A stretch of 64,000 nucleotides of DNA from Balanoglossus misakiensis (GCA_040954595.2 CM082586.2:1-64000), one strand, 5' to 3'. Shown: positions 12,601 to 27,600, numbered from the stretch's first letter. Program-made: numbers and translations. The notes: a model not told the origin generated them from the sequence alone.

Positions 12601-15600
12601 GGTGAATCTGGGCCAAGTTGCCGGCGACTTCCGGTCGTAACGGCGCGGTGAATCTGGGCCAAGTTGCCGTTGATTTCCTGTGGTAACGGCGCGGTGAATC
12701 TGGGCCAAGTTGATGGCGACTTCCTGTGAATCCGGGCCAAGTTGCCGGCGACTTCCGGTGGTAATGGCACGATGAAACTGAGCCAAGTTGCCGGCGACTT
12801 CCTGTCGTAACGGCGCGGTGAATCTGGGCAAAGTTGCCGGCGACTTCCGGTCGTAACGGCGCGGTGAATCCGGGCCAAGTTGATGGCGACTTCCTGTGAA
12901 TCCGGGCCAAGTTGCCGGCGACTTCCTGTCGTAACGGCGCGGTGAATCTGGGCAAAGTTGCCGGAGACTTCCTGTGAATCCGGGCCAAGTTGCCAGCGAC
13001 TTCCGGTGGTAACGGCGCGGTGAAACTGGGCCAAGTTGCCGGCGACTTCCAGTCGTAACGGCGCGGTGAATCTGGGCAAAGTTGCCGGCGACTTCCGGTC
13101 GTAACGGCGCGGTGAATCCGGGCCAAGTTGCCGGCGACTTCCGGTGGTAACGGCGCGGTGAATCTGGGCCAAGTTGCCGTTGATTTCCTGTGGTAACGGC
13201 GCAGTGAATCTGGGCCAAGTTGATGGCGACTTCCTGTGAATACGGGCCAAGTTGCCGGCGACTTCCGGTGGTAATAGCGGTGAAACTGAGCCAAGTTGCC
13301 GGCGACTTCCTGTCGTAACGGCGCGGTGAATCTGGGCCAAGTTGCCGGCGACTTCCGGTCGTAACGGCGCGGTGAATCCGGGCCAAGTTGCCGTTGATTT
13401 CCTGTGGTAACGGCGCGGTGAATCTGGGCCAAGTTGATGGCGACTTCCTGTGAATCCGGGCCAAGTTGCCGGCGACTTCCGGTGGTAATGGCGCGGTGAA
13501 ACTGAGCCAAGTTGCCGGCGACTTCCTGTCGTAACGGCGCGGTGAATCCGGGCCAAGTTGATGGCGACTTCCCGTGAATCCGGGCCAAGTTGCCGGCGAC
13601 TTCCTGTCGTAACGGTGCGGTGAATCTGGGCCAAGTTGCCGGCGACTTCCGGTCGTAACGGCACGGTGAATCTGGGCCAAGTTGCCATTGATTTCCTGTG
13701 GTAACGGCGCGGTGAATCTGGGCCAAGTTGATGGCGACTTCCTGTGAATCCGGGCCAAGTTGCCGGCGACTTCCGGTGGTAATGGCGCGGTGAAACTGAG
13801 CCAAGTTGCCGGCGACTTCCTGTCGTAACTGCGCGGTGAAACTGAGCCAAGTTGCCGGCGACTTCCTGTCGTAACTGCGCGGTGAATCCGGGCCAAGTTG
13901 ATGGCGACTTCCTGTGAATCCGGGCCAAGTTGCCGGCGACTTCCTGTCGTAACGGCGCGGTGAATCAGGGCCAAGTTGCCGTTGATTTCCTGTGGTAACG
14001 GCGCGGTGAATCTGGGCCAAGTTGATGGCGACTTCCTGTGAATCCGGGCCAAGTTGCCGGCGACTTCCGGTGGTAATGGTGCGGTGAAACTGAGCCAAGT
14101 TGCCGGCGACTTCCGGTCGTAACGGCGCGGTGCATCTGGGCAAAGTTTCCGGCGACTTCCGGTCGTAACGGCGCGGTGAATCCGGGCCAAGTTGATGGCG
14201 ACTTCCTGTGAATCCGGGCCAAGTTGCCGGCGACTTCCTGTCGTAACGGCGCGGTGAAACTGAGCCAAGTTGCCGGCGACTTCCTGTCGTAACGGCGCGG
14301 TGAATCTGGGCAAAGTTGCCGGCGACTTCCGGTCGTAACGGCGCGGTGAATCCGGGCCAAGTTGATGGCGACTTCCTGTGAATCCGGGCCAAGTTGCCGG
14401 CGACTTCCTGTCGTAACGGCGCGGTGAATCTGGGCAATGTTGCCGGCGACTTCCGGTCGTAACGGCGCGGTGAATCCGGGCCAAGTTGCCGGAGACTTCC
14501 TGTGAATCCGGGCCAAGTTGCCAGCGACTTCCGGTGGTAACGGCGCGGTGAATCCGGGCCAAGTTGCCGTTGATTTCCTGTGGTAACGGCGCGGTGAATC
14601 TGGGCCAAGTTGATGGCGACTTCCTGTGAATCCGGGCCAAGTTGCCGGCGACTTCCGGTGGTAATGGCGCGGTGAAACTGAGCCAAGTTGCCGGCGACTT
14701 CCTGTCGTAACGGAGCGGTGAATCCGGGCCAAGTTGATGGCGACTTCCTGTGAATCCGGGCCAAGTTGCCGGCGACTTCCTGTCGTAACGGTGCGGTGAA
14801 TCTGGGCAAAGTTGCCGGCGACTTCCGGTCGTAACGGCACGGTGAATCTGGGCCAAGTTGCCATTGATTTCCTGTGGTAACGGTGCGGTGAATCTGGGCC
14901 AAGTTGATGGCGACTTCCTGTGAATCCGGGCCAAGTTGCCGGCGACTTCCGGTGGTAATGGCGCGGTGAAACTGAGCCAAGTTGCCGGCGACTTCCTGTC
15001 GTAACGGCGCGGTGAATCTGGGCAAAGTTGCCGGCGACTTCCGGTCGTAACGGCGCGGTGAATCCGGGCCAAGTTGATGGCGACTTCCTGTGAATCCGGG
15101 CCAAGTTGCCGGCGACTTCCTGTCGTAACGGCGCGGTGAATCTGGGCAAAGTTGCCGGCGACTTCCGGTCGTAACGGCGCGGTGAATCCGGGCCAAGTTG
15201 ATGGCGACTTCCTGTGAATCCGGGCCAAGTTGCCGGCGACTTCCTGTCGTAACGGCGCGGTGAAACTGAGCCAAGTTGCCGGCGACTTCCTGTCGTAACG
15301 GCGCGGTGAATCTGGGCAAAGTTGCCGGCGACTTCCGGTCGTAACGGCGCGGTGAATCCGGGCCAAGTTGATGGCGACTTCCTGTGAATCCGGGCCAAGT
15401 TGCCGGCGACTTCCTGTCGTAACGGCGCGGTGAATCTGGGCAAAGTTGCCGGCGACTTCCGGTCGTAACGGCGCGGTGAATCCGGGCCAAGTTGCCGGAG
15501 ACTTCCTGTGAATCCGGGCCAAGTTGCCAGCGACTTCCGGTGGTAACGGCGCGGTGAAACTGGGCCAAGTTGCCGGCGACTTCCTGTCGTAACGGCGTGG

Positions 15601-18600
15601 TGAATCTGGGCAATGTTGCCGGCGACTTCCGGTCGTAACGGCGCGGTGAATCCGGGCCAAGTTGCCGGCGACTTCCGGTGGTAACGGCGCGGTGAATCTG
15701 GGCCAAGTTGCCGGAGACTTCCTGTGAATCCGGGTCAAGTTTCCGGCGACTTCCGGTGGTAACGGCGCGGTGAAACTGGGCCAAGTTGCCGCCAAGATTC
15801 ACCGCGCCATTACCACAGGAAATCGCCGGCAACTTGGCCCAGATTCACCGCGCCGTTACGACAGGAAGTCGCAGGCAACTTTGCCCAGATTCACCGCACC
15901 GTTACGACAGGAAGTCGCCGGCAACTTGGCCCGGATTCACCGGAAGTCGCTGGCAACTTGGCCCGGATTCACAGGAAGTCTCCGGCAACTTGGCCCAGAT
16001 TCACCGCGCCGTTACCACCGGAAGTCGCCGGCAACTTGGCCCGGATTCACCGCGCCGTTACGACCGGAAGTCGCCGGCAACATTGCCCAGATTCACCGCG
16101 CCGTTACGACAGGAAGTCGCCGGCAACTTGGCCCAGTTTCACCGCGCCGTTACCACCGGAAGTCGCTGGCAACTTGGCCCGGATTCACAGGAAGTCTCCG
16201 GCAACTTGGCCCGGATTCACCGCGCCGTTACGACCGGAAGTCGCCGGCAACTTTGCCCAGATTCACCGCGCCGTTACGACAGGAAGTCGCCGGCAACTTG
16301 GCCCGGATTCACAGGAAGTCGCCATCAACTTGGCCCGGATTCACCGCGCCGTTACGACCGGAAGTCGCCGGCAACTTTGCCCAGATTCACCGCGCCGTTA
16401 CGACAGGAAGTCGCCGGCAACTTGGCTCAGTTTCACCGCGCCGTTACGACAGGAAGTCGCCGGCAACTTGGCCCGGATTCACAGGAAGTCGCCATCAACT
16501 TGGCCCGGATTCACCGCGCCGTTACGACCGGAAGTCGCCGGCAACTTTGCCCAGATTCACCGCGCCGTTACGACAGGAAGTCGCCGGCAACTTGGCCCGG
16601 ATTCACAGGAAGTCGCCATCAACTTGGCCCGGATTCACCGCGCCGTTACGACCGGAAGTCGCCGGCAACTTTGCCCAGATTCACTGCGCCGTTACGACAG
16701 GAAGTCGCCGGCAACTTGGCTCAGTTTCACCGCGCCATTACCACCGGAAGTCGCCGGCAACTTGGCCCGGATTCACAGGAAGTCGCCATCAACTTGGCCC
16801 AGATTCACCGCGCCGTTACCACAGGAAATCAATGGCAACTTGGCCCAGATTCACCGTGCCGTTACGACCGGAAGTCGCCGGCAACTTTGCCCAGATTCAC
16901 CGCACCGTTACGACAGGAAGTCGCCGGCAACTTGGCCCGGATTCACAGGAAGTCGCCATCAACTTGGCCCGGATTCACCGCGCCGTTACGACAGGAAGTC
17001 GCCGGCAACTTGGCTCAGTTTCACCGCGCCATTACCACCGGAAGTCGCCGGCAACTTGGCCCGGATTCACAGGAAGTCGCCATCAACTTGGCCCAGATTC
17101 ACCGCGCCGTTACCACAGGAAATCAACGGCAACTTGGCCCGGATTCACCGCGCCGTTACCACCGGAAGTCGCTGGCAACTTGGCCCGGATTCACAGGAAG
17201 TCTCCGGCAACTTGGCGGCAAGTTGCCGGCGATTTCCTGTGGTAATGGCGCGGTGAATCTGGGCCAAGTTGATGGCGACTTCCTGTGAATCCGGGCCAAG
17301 TTGCGGCGACTTCCGGTGGTAACGGCGCGGTGAATCTGGGCCAAGTTGCCGTTGATTTCCTGTGGTAACGGCGCGGTGAATCTGGGCCAAGTTGATGGCG
17401 ACTTACTGTGAATCCGGGCCAAGTTGCCGGCGACTTCCGGTGGTAATAGCGGTGAAACTGAGCCAAGTTACCGGCGACTTCCGGTGGTAACGGCGCAGTG
17501 AAACTGAGCCAAGTTGCCGGCGACTTCCTGTCGTAACGGCGCGGTGAATCTGGGCCAAGTTGATGGCGACTTCCTGTGAATCCGGGCCAAGTTGCCGGCG
17601 ACTTCCTGTCGTAACGGCGCAGTGAATCTGGGCAAAGTTGCCGGCGACTTCCGGTCGTAACGGCGCGGTGAATCCGGGCCAAGTTGCCGGAGACTTCCTG
17701 TGAATCCGGGCCAAGTTGCCAGCGACTTCCGGTGGTAACGGCGCGGTGAAACTGGGCCAAGTTGCCGGCGACTTCCTGTCGTAACGGCGCGGTGAATCTG
17801 GGCAAAGATTCCGGCGACTTCCGGTCGTAACGGCGCGGTGAATCCGGGCCAAGTTGCCGGCGACTTCCGGTGGTAACGGCGCGGTGAATCTGGGCCAAGT
17901 TGCCGGAGACTTCCTGTGAATCCGGGCCAAGTTGCCATCGACTTCCGGTGGTAACGGCGCGGTGAATCTGGGCCAAGTTGCCGGCGACTTCCTGTCGTAA
18001 CGGCGCGGTGAATCTGGGCCAAGTTGCCGGCGATTTCCTGTGGTAATGGCGCGGTGAATCTGGGCCAAGTTGATGGCGACTTCCTGCGAATCAGGGCCAA
18101 GTTGCGGCGACTTCCGGTGGTAACGGCGCGGTGAATCTGGGCCAAGTTGCCGTTGATTTCCTGTGGTAACGGCGCGGTGAATCTGGGCCAAGTTGATGGC
18201 GACTTCCTGTGAATCCGGGCCAAGTTGCCGGCGACTTCCGGTGGTAATAGCGGTGAAACTGAGCCAAGTTGCCGGCGACTTCCTGTCGTAACGGCGCGGT
18301 GAATCTGGGCAAAGTTGCCGGCGACTTCCGGTCGTAACGGCGCGGTGAATCCGGGCCAAGTTGCCGTTGATTTCCTGTGGTAACGGCGCGGTGAATCTGG
18401 GCCAAGTTGATGGCGACTTCCTGTGAATCCGGGCCAAGTTGCCGGCGACTTCCGGTGGTAATGGCGCGGTGAAACTGAGCCAAGTTACCGGCGAATTCCT
18501 GTCGTAACGGCGCGGTGAATCTGGGCAAAGTTGCCGGCGACTTCCGGTCGTAACGGCGCGGTGAATCCGGGCCAAGTTGCCGGAGACTTCCTGTGAATCC

Positions 18601-21600
18601 TGGCCAAGTTGCCAGCGACTTCCGGTGGTAACGGCGCGGTGAATCTGGGCCAAGTTGCCGGCGACTTCCTGTCGTAACGGCACGGTGAATCTGGGCCAAG
18701 TTGCCGGCGATTTCCTGTGGTAATGGCGCGGTGAATCTGGGCCAAGTTGATGGCGACTTCCTGTGAATCCGGGCCAAGTTGCGGCGACTTCCGGTCGTAA
18801 CGGCGCGGTGAATCTAGGCCAAGTTGCCGGCGACTTCCTGTGGTAACGGCGCGGTGAATCCGGGCCAAGTTGCGGCGACTTCCGGTCGTAACGGCGCGGT
18901 GAATCCAGGCCAATTTGCCGGCGACTTCCGGTCGTAACGGCGCGGTGAAACTGGGCCAAGTTGCCGTTGATTTCCTGTGGTAACGGCGCGGTGAATCTGG
19001 GCCAAGTTGATGGCGACTTCCTGTGAATCCGGGCCAAGTTGCCGGCGACTTCCGGTGGTAACGGCCCAGTGAAACTGAGCCAAGTTGCCGGCGACTTCCT
19101 GTCGTAACGGCGCGGTGAATCTGGGCAAAGTTGCCGGCGACTTCCGGTCGTAACGGCGCGGTGAATCCGGGCCAAGTTGATGGCGACTTCCTGTGAATCC
19201 GGGCCAAGTTGCCGGCGACTTCCTGTCGTAACGGCGCGGTGAATCTGGGCCAAGTTGCCGTTGATTTCCTGTGGTAATGGCGCGGTGAATCTGGGCCAAG
19301 TTGATGGCGACTTCCTGTGAATCCGGGCCAAGTTGCCGGCGACTTCCGGTGGTAATGGCGCGGTGAAACTGAGCCAAGTTGCCGGCGACTTCCTGTCGTA
19401 ACGGCGCGGTGAATCTGGGCAAAGTTGCCGGCGACTTCCGGTCGTAACGGCGCGGTGAATCCGGGCCAAGTTGATGGCGACTTCCTGTGAATCCGGGCCA
19501 AGTTGCCGGCGACTTCCTGTCGTAACGGCGCGGTGAATCTGGGCAAAGTTGCCGGCGACTTCCGGTCGTAACGGCGCGGTGAATCCGGGCCAAGTTGCCG
19601 GAGACTTCCTGTGAATCCGGGCCAAGTTGCCGGCGACTTCCGGTGGTAATAGCGGTGAAACTGAGCCAAGTTGCCGGCGACTTCCTGTCGTAACGGCGCG
19701 GTGAATCTGGGCAAAGTTGCCGGCGACTTCCGGTCGTAACGGCGCGGTGAATCCGGGCCAAGTTGATGGCGACTTCCTGTGAATCCGGGCCAAGTTGCCG
19801 GCGACTTCCTGTCGTAACGGCGCGGTGAATCTGGGCCAAGTTGCCGTTGATTTCCTGTGGTAACGGCGCGGTGAATCTGGGCCAAGTTGATGGCGACTTC
19901 CTGTGAATCCGGGCCAAGTTGCCGGCGACTTCCGGTGGTAATGGCACGGTGAAACTGAGCCAAGTTGCCGGCGACTTCCTGTCGTAACGGCGCGGTGAAT
20001 CTGGGCAAAGTTGCCGGCGACTTCCGGTCGTAACGGCGCGGTGAATCCGGGCGAAGTTGATGGCGACTTCCTGTGAATCCGGGCCAAGTTGCCGGCGACT
20101 TCCTGTCGTAACGGCGCGGTGAATCTGGGCAAAGTTGCCGGCGACTTCCGGTCGTAACGGCGCGGTGAATCCGGGCCAAGTTGCCGGAGACTTCCTGTGA
20201 ATCCGGGCCAAGTTGCCGGCGACTTCCGGTGGTAATAGCGGTGAAACTGAGCCAAGTTGCCGGCGACTTCCTGTCGTAACGGCGCGGTGAATCTGGGCAA
20301 AGTTGCCGGCGACTTCCGGTCGTAACGGCGCGGTGAATCCGGGCCAAGTTGCCGTTGATTTCCTGTGGTAACGGCGCGGTGAATCTGGGCCAAGTTGATG
20401 GCGACTTCCTGTGAATCCGGGCCAAGTTGCCGGCGACTTCCGGTGGTAATGGCGCGGTGAAACTGAGCCAAGTTACCGGCGACTTCCTGTCGTAACGGCG
20501 CGGTGAATCTGGGCAAAGTTGCCGGCGACTTCCTGTGAATCCGGGCCAAGTTGCCGGCGACTTCCGGTGGTAACGGCCCAGTGAAACTGAGCCAAGTTGC
20601 CGGCGACTTCCTGTCGTAACGGCGCGGTGAATCTGGGCAAAGTTGCCGGCGACTTCCGGTCGTAACGGCGCGGTGAATCCGGGCCAAGTTGATGGCGACT
20701 TCCTGTGAATCCGGGCCAAGTTGCCGGCGACTTCCTGTCGTAACGGCGCGGTGAATCTGGGCCAAGTTGCCGTTGATTTCCTGTGGTAACGGCGCGGTGA
20801 ATCTGGGCCAAGTTGATGGCGACTTCCTGTGAATCCGGGCCAAGTTGCCGGCGACTTCCGGTGGTAATGGCGCGGTGAAACTGAGCCAAGTTGCCGGCGA
20901 CTTCCTGTCGTAACGGCGCGGTGAATCTGGGCAAAGTTGCCAGCGACTTCCGGTGAATCCGGGCCAAGTTGCCGGCGACTTCCTGTCGTAACGGTGCGGT
21001 GAAACTGAGCCAAGTTGCCGGCGACTTCCTGTCGTAACGGCGCGGTGAATCTGGGCAAAGTTGCCGGCGACTTCCGGTCGTAACGGCGCGGTGAATCCGG
21101 GCCAAGTTGATGGTGACTTCCTGTGAATCCGGGCCAAGTTGCCGGCGACTTCCTGTCGTAACGGCGCGGTGAATCTGGGCAAAGTTGCCGGCGACTTCCG
21201 GTCGTAACGGCGCGGTGAATCTGGGCCAAGTTGCCGTTGATTTCCTGTGGTAACGGCGCGGTGAATCTGGGCAAAGTTGCCGGCGACTTCCTGTGAATCC
21301 GGGCCAAGTTGCCGGCGACTTCCGGTGGTAACGGCCCAGTGAAACTGAGCCAAGTTGCCGGCGACTTCCTGTCGTAACGGCGCGGTGAATCTGGGCAAAG
21401 TTGCCGGCGACTTCCGGTCGTAACGGCGCGGTGAATCCGGGCCAAGTTGATGGCGACTTCCTGTGAATCCGGGCCAAGTTGCCGGCGACTTCCTGTCGTA
21501 ACGGCGCGGTGAATCTGGGCCAAGTTGCCGTTGATTTCCTGTGGTAACGGCGCGGTGAATCTGGGCCAAGTTGATGGCGACTTCCTGTGAATCCGGGCCA

Positions 21601-24600
21601 AGTTGCCGGCGACTTCCGGTGGTAATGGCGCGGTGAAACTGAGCCAAGTTGCCGGCGACTTCCTGTCGTAACGGCGCGGTGAATCTGGGCAAAGTTGCCA
21701 GCGACTTCCGGTGAATCCGGGCCAAGTTGCCGGCGACTTCCTGTCGTAACGGTGCGGTGAAACTGAGCCAAGTTGCCGGCGACTTCCTGTCGTAACGGCG
21801 CGGTGAATCTGGGCAAAGTTGCCGGCGACTTCCGGTCGTAACGGCGCGGTGAATCCGGGCCAAGTTGATGGTGACTTCCTGTGAATCCGGGCCAAGTTGC
21901 CGGCGACTTCCTGTCGTAACGGCGCGGTGAATCTGGGCAAAGTTGCCGGCGACTTCCGGTCGTAACGGCGCGGTGAATCTGGGCCAAGTTGCCGTTGATT
22001 TCCTGTGGTAACGGCGCGGTGAATCTGGGCCAAGTTGATGGCGACTTCCTGTGAATCCGGGCCAATTTGCCGGCGACTTCCGGTGGTAATGGCGCGGTGA
22101 AACTGAGCCAAGTTGCTGGCGACTTCCTGTCGTAACGGCGCGGTGAATCTGGGCAAAGTTGCCGGCGACTTCCGGTCGTAACGGCGCGGTGAATCCGGGC
22201 CAAGTTGCCGGCGACTTCCGGTGGTAATGGCGCGGTGAATCTGGGCCAAGTTGCCGGCGACTTCCTGTCGTAACGGCGCGGTGAATCTGGGCCAAGTTGC
22301 CGGCGATTTCCTGTGGTAATGGCGCGGTGAATCTGGGCCAAGTTGATGGCGACTTCCTGTGAATCCGGGCCAAGTTGCCGGCGACTTCCGGTGGTAATAG
22401 CGGTGAAACTGAGCCAAGTTGCCGGCGACTTCCTGTCGTAACGGCGCGGTGAATCTGGGCAAAGTTGCCGGCGACTTCCGGTCGTAACGGCGCGGTGAAT
22501 CCGGGCCAAGTTGCCGTTGATTTCCTGTGGTAACGGCGCGGTGAATCTGGGCCAAGTTGATGGCGACTTCCTGTGAATCCGGGCCAAGTTGCCGGCGACT
22601 TCCGGTGGTAATGGCGCGGTGAAACTGAGCCAAGTTGCCGGCGACTTCCTGTCGTAACGGCGCGGTGAATCTGGCCAAAGTTGCCGGCGACTTCCGGTCG
22701 TAACGGCGCGGTGAATCCGGGCGAAGTTGCCGGAGACTTCCTGTGAATCCGGGCCAAGTTGCCAGCGACTTCCGGTGGTAACGGCGCGGTGAATCTGGGC
22801 CAAGTTGCCGCCGACTTCCTGTCGTAACGGCACGGTGAATCTGGGCCAAGTTGCCGGCGATTTCCTGTGGTAATGGCGCGGTGAATCTGGGCCAAGTTGA
22901 TGGCGACTTCCGGTGGTAACGGCGCGGTGAATCTGGGCCAAGTTGCCGGAGACTTCCTGTGAATCCGGGCCAAGTTGCCAGCGACTTCCGGTGGTAACGG
23001 CGCGGTGAATCTGGGCCAAGTTGCGGCGACTTCCGGTCGTAACGGCGCGGTGAATCCGGGCCAAGTTGCCGGCGACTTCCGGTGGTAACGGCGCGGTGAA
23101 ACTGAGCCAAGTTGCCGGCGACTTCCTGTCGTAACGGCGCGGTGAATCTGGGCAAAGTTGCCGGCGACTTCCGGTCGTAACGGCGCGGTGAATCCGGGCC
23201 AAGTTGCCGGCGACTTCCGGTGGTAACGGCGCGGTGAAACTGAGCCAAGTTGCCGGCGACTTCCTGTCGTAACGGCGCGGTGAATCTGGGCAAAGTTGCC
23301 GGCGACTTCCGGTCGTAACGGCGCGGTGAATCGTGGCCAAGTTGATGGCGACTTCCTGTGAATCGGGCCAAGTTGCCGGCGACTTCCTGTCGTAACGGCG
23401 CGGTGAATCTGGGCCAAGTTGCCGTTGATTTCCTGTGGTAACGGCGCGGTGAATCTGGGCCAAGTTGATGGCGACTTCCTGTGAATCCGGGCCAAGTTGC
23501 CGGCGACTTCCTGTCGTAACGGCGCGGTGAATCTGGGCCAAGTTGCCGTTGATTTCCTGTGGTAACGGCGCGGTGAATCTGGGCCAAGTTGATGGCGACT
23601 TCCTGTGAATCCGGGCAAAGTTGCCGGCGACTTCCGGTGGTAATGGCGCGGTGAAACTGAGCCAAGTTGCCGGCGACTTCCTGTCGTAACGGCGCGGTGA
23701 ATCTGGGCAAAGTTGCCGGCGACTTCCGGTCGTAACGGCGCGGTGAATCCGGGCCAAGTTGATGGCGACTTCCTGTGAATCCGGGCCAAGTTGCCGGCGA
23801 CTTCCTGTCGTAACGGCGCGGTGAATCTGGGCAAAGTTGCCGGCGACTTCCGGTCGTAACGGCGCGGTGAATCCGGGCCAAGTTGATGGCGACTTCCTGT
23901 GAATCCGGGCCAAGTTGCCGGCGACTTCCTGTCGTAACGGCGCGGTGAATCTGGGCAAAGTTGCCGGCGACTTCCGGTCGTAACGGCGCGGTGAATCCAG
24001 GCCAAGTTGCCGGAGACTTCCTGTGAATCCGGGCCAAGTTGCCAGCGACTTCCGGTGGTAACGGTGCGGTGAAACTGGGCCAAGTTGCCGGCGACTTCCT
24101 GTCGTAACGGCGCGGTGAATCTAGGCCAAGTTGATGGCGACTTCCTGTGAATCCGGGCCAATTTGCCGGCGACTTCCGGTGGTAATGGCGCGGTGAAACT
24201 GAGCCAAGTTGCTGGCGACTTCCTGTCGTAACGGCGCGGTGAATCTGGGCAAAGTTGCCGGCGACTTCCTGTCGTAACGGCGCGGTGAATCTGGGCAAAG
24301 TTGCCGGCGACTTCCGGTCGTAACGGCGCGGTGAATCCGGGCCAAGTTGATGGCGACTTCCTGTGAATCCGGGCCAAGTTGCCGGCGACTTCCTGTCGTA
24401 ACGGCGCGGTGAATCTGGGCAAAGTTGCCGGCGACTTCCGGTCGTAACGGCGCGGTGAATCCGGGCCAAGTTGCCGGAGACTTCCTGTGAATCCGGGCCA
24501 AGTTGCCAGCGACTTCCGGTGGTAACGGCGCGGTGAAACTGGGCCAAGTTGCCGGCGACTTCCTGTCGTAACGGCGCGGTGAATCTGGGCAAAGTTGCCG

Positions 24601-27600
24601 GAGACTTCCGGTCGTAACGGCGCGGTGAATCCGGGCCAAGTTGCCGGCGACTTCCGGTGGTAACGGCGCGGTGAATCTGGGCCAAGTTGCCGTTGATTTC
24701 CTGTGGTAACGGCGCGGTGAATCTAGGCCAAGTTGATGGCGACTTCCTGTGAATCCGGGCCAATTTGCCGGCGACTTCCGGTGGTAATGGCGCGGTGAAA
24801 CTGAGCCAAGTTGCTGGCGACTTCCTGTCGTAACGGCGCGGTGAATCTGGGCAAAGTTGCCGGCGACTTCCGGTCGTAACGGCGCGGTGAATCCGGGCCA
24901 AGTTGCCGGAGACTTCCTGTGAATCCGGGCCAAGTTGCCAGCGACTTCCGGTGGTAACGGCGCGGTGAAACTGGGCCAAGTTGCCGGCGACTTCCTGTCG
25001 TAACGGCGCGGTGAATCTGGGCAAAGTTGCCGGCGACTTCCGGTCGTAACAGCGCGGTGAATCCGGGCCAAGTTGCCGGCGACTTCCGGTGGTAACGGCG
25101 CGGTGAATCTGGGCCAAGTTGCCGGAGACTTCCTGTGAATCCGGGCCAAGTTGCCAGCGACTTCCGGTGGTAACGGCGCGGTGAATCTGGGCCAAGTTGC
25201 CGGCGACTTCCTGTCGTAACGGCACGGTGAATCTGGGCCAAGTTGCGGCGACTTCAGGTCGTAACGGCGCGGTGAATCTAGGCCAAGTTGCCGGCGACTC
25301 CCTGTGGTAACGGCGCGGTGAATCCGGGCCAAGTTGCGGCGACTTCCGGTCGTAACGGCGCGGTGAATCCGGGCAAAGTTGCCGGCGACTTCCGGTCGTA
25401 ACGGCGCGGTGAATCCGGGCCAAGTTGATGGCGACTTCCTGTGAATCCGGGCCAAGTTGCCGGCGACTTCCTGTCGTAACGGCGCGGTGAATCTGGGCAA
25501 AGTTGCCGGCGACTTCCGGTCGTAACGGCGCGGTGAATCCGGGCCAAGTTGCCGGAGACTTCCTGTGAATCCGGGCCAAGTTGCCAGCGACTTCCGGTGG
25601 TAACGGCGCGGTGAAACTGGGCCAAGTTGCCGGCGACTTCCTGTCGTAACGGCGCGGTGAATCTGGGCAAATTTGCCGGAGACTTCCGGTCGTAACGGCG
25701 CGGTGAATCCGGGCCAAGTTGCCGGCGACTTCCGGTGGTAACGGCGCGATGAATCTGGGCCAAGTTGCCGTTGATTTCCTGTGGTAACGGCGCGGTGAAT
25801 CTGGGCCAAGTTGATGGCGACTTCCTGTGAATCCGGGCCAATTTGCCGGCGACTTCCGGTGGTAATGGCGCGGTGAAACTGAGCCAAGTTGCTGGCGACT
25901 TCCTGTCGTAACGGCGCGGTGAATCTGGGCAAAGTTGCCGGCGACTTCCGGTCGTAACGGCGCGGTGAATCCGGGCCAAGTTGCCGGAGACTTCCTGTGA
26001 ATCCGGGCCAAGTTGCCAGCGACTTCCGGTGGTAACGGAGCGGTGAAACTGGGCCAAGTTGCCGGCGACTTCCTGTCGTAACGGCGCGGTGAATCTGGGC
26101 AAAGTTGCCGGCGACTTCCGGTCGTAACAGCGCGGTGAATCCGGGCCAAGTTGCCGGCGACTTCCGGTGGTAACGGCGCGGTGAATCTGGGCCAAGTTGC
26201 CGGAGACTTCCTGTGAATCCGGGCCAAGTTGCCAGCGACTTCCGGTGGTAACGGCGCGGTGAATCTGGGCCAAGTTGCCGGCGACTTCCTGTCGTAACGG
26301 CACGGTGAATCTGGGCCAAGTTGCGGCGACTTCAGGTCGTAACGGCGCGGTGAATCTAGGCCAAGTTGCCGGCGACTCCCTGTGGTAACGGCGCGGTGAA
26401 TCCGGGCCAAGTTGCGGCGACTTCCGGTCGTAACGGCGCGGTGAATCCGGGCCAAGTTGCCGGCGACTTCCGGTGGTAACGGCGCGGTGAAACTGAGCCA
26501 AGTTGCCGGCGACTTCCTGTCGTAACGGCGCGGTGAATCTGGGCAAAGTTGCCGGCGACTTCCGGTCGTAACGGCGCGGTGAATCCGGGCCAAGTTGATG
26601 GCGACTTCCTGTGAATCCGGGCCAAGTTGCCGGCGACTTCCTGTCGTAACGGCGCGGTGAATCTGGGCCAAGTTGCCGTTGATTTCCTGTGGTAACGGCG
26701 CGGTGAATCTGGGCCAAGTTGATGGCGACTTCCTGTGAATCCGGGCCAAGTTGCCGGCGACTTCCGGTGGTAATGGCGCGGTGAAACTGAGCCAAGTTGC
26801 CGGCGACTTCCTGTCGTAACGGCGCGGTGAATCTGGGCAAAGTTGCCGGCGACTTCCGGTCGTAACGGCGCGGTGAATCCGGGCCAAGTTGATGGCGACT
26901 TCCTGTGAATCCGGGCCAAGTTGCCGGCGACTTCCTGTCGTAACGGCGCGGTGAATCTGGGCAAAGTTGCCGGCGACTTCCGGTCGTAACGGCGCGGTGA
27001 ATCCGGGCCAAGTTGCCGGAGACTTCCTGTGAATCCGGGCCAAGTTGCCAGCGACTTCCGGTGGTAACGGCGTGGTGAAACTGGGCCAAGTTGCCGGCGA
27101 CTTCCTGTCGTAACGGCGCGGTGAATCTGGGCAAAGTTGCCGGCGACTTCCGGTCGTAACGGCGCGGTGAATCCGGGCCAAGTTGCCGGCGACTTCCGGT
27201 GGTAACGGCGCGGTGAATCTGGGCCAAGTTGCCGTTGATTTCCTGTGGTAACGGCGCGGTGAATCTGGGCCAAGTTGATGGCGACTTCCTGTGAATCCGG
27301 GCCAAGTTTCCGGCGACTTCCGGTGGTAATGGCGCGGTGAAACTGAGCCAAGTTGCCGGCGACTTCCTGTCGTAACGGCGCGGTGAATCTGGGCAAAGTT
27401 GCCGGCGACTTCCGGTCGTAACGGCGCGGTGAATCCGGGCCAAGTTGATGGCGACTTCTTGAGAATCCGGGCCAAGTTGCCGGCGACTTCCTGTCGTAAC
27501 GGCGCGGTGAATCTGGGTAAAGTTGCCGGCGACTTCCGGTCGTAACGGCGCGGTGAATCCGGGCCAAGTTGCCGGAGACTTCCTGTGAATCCGGGCCAAG

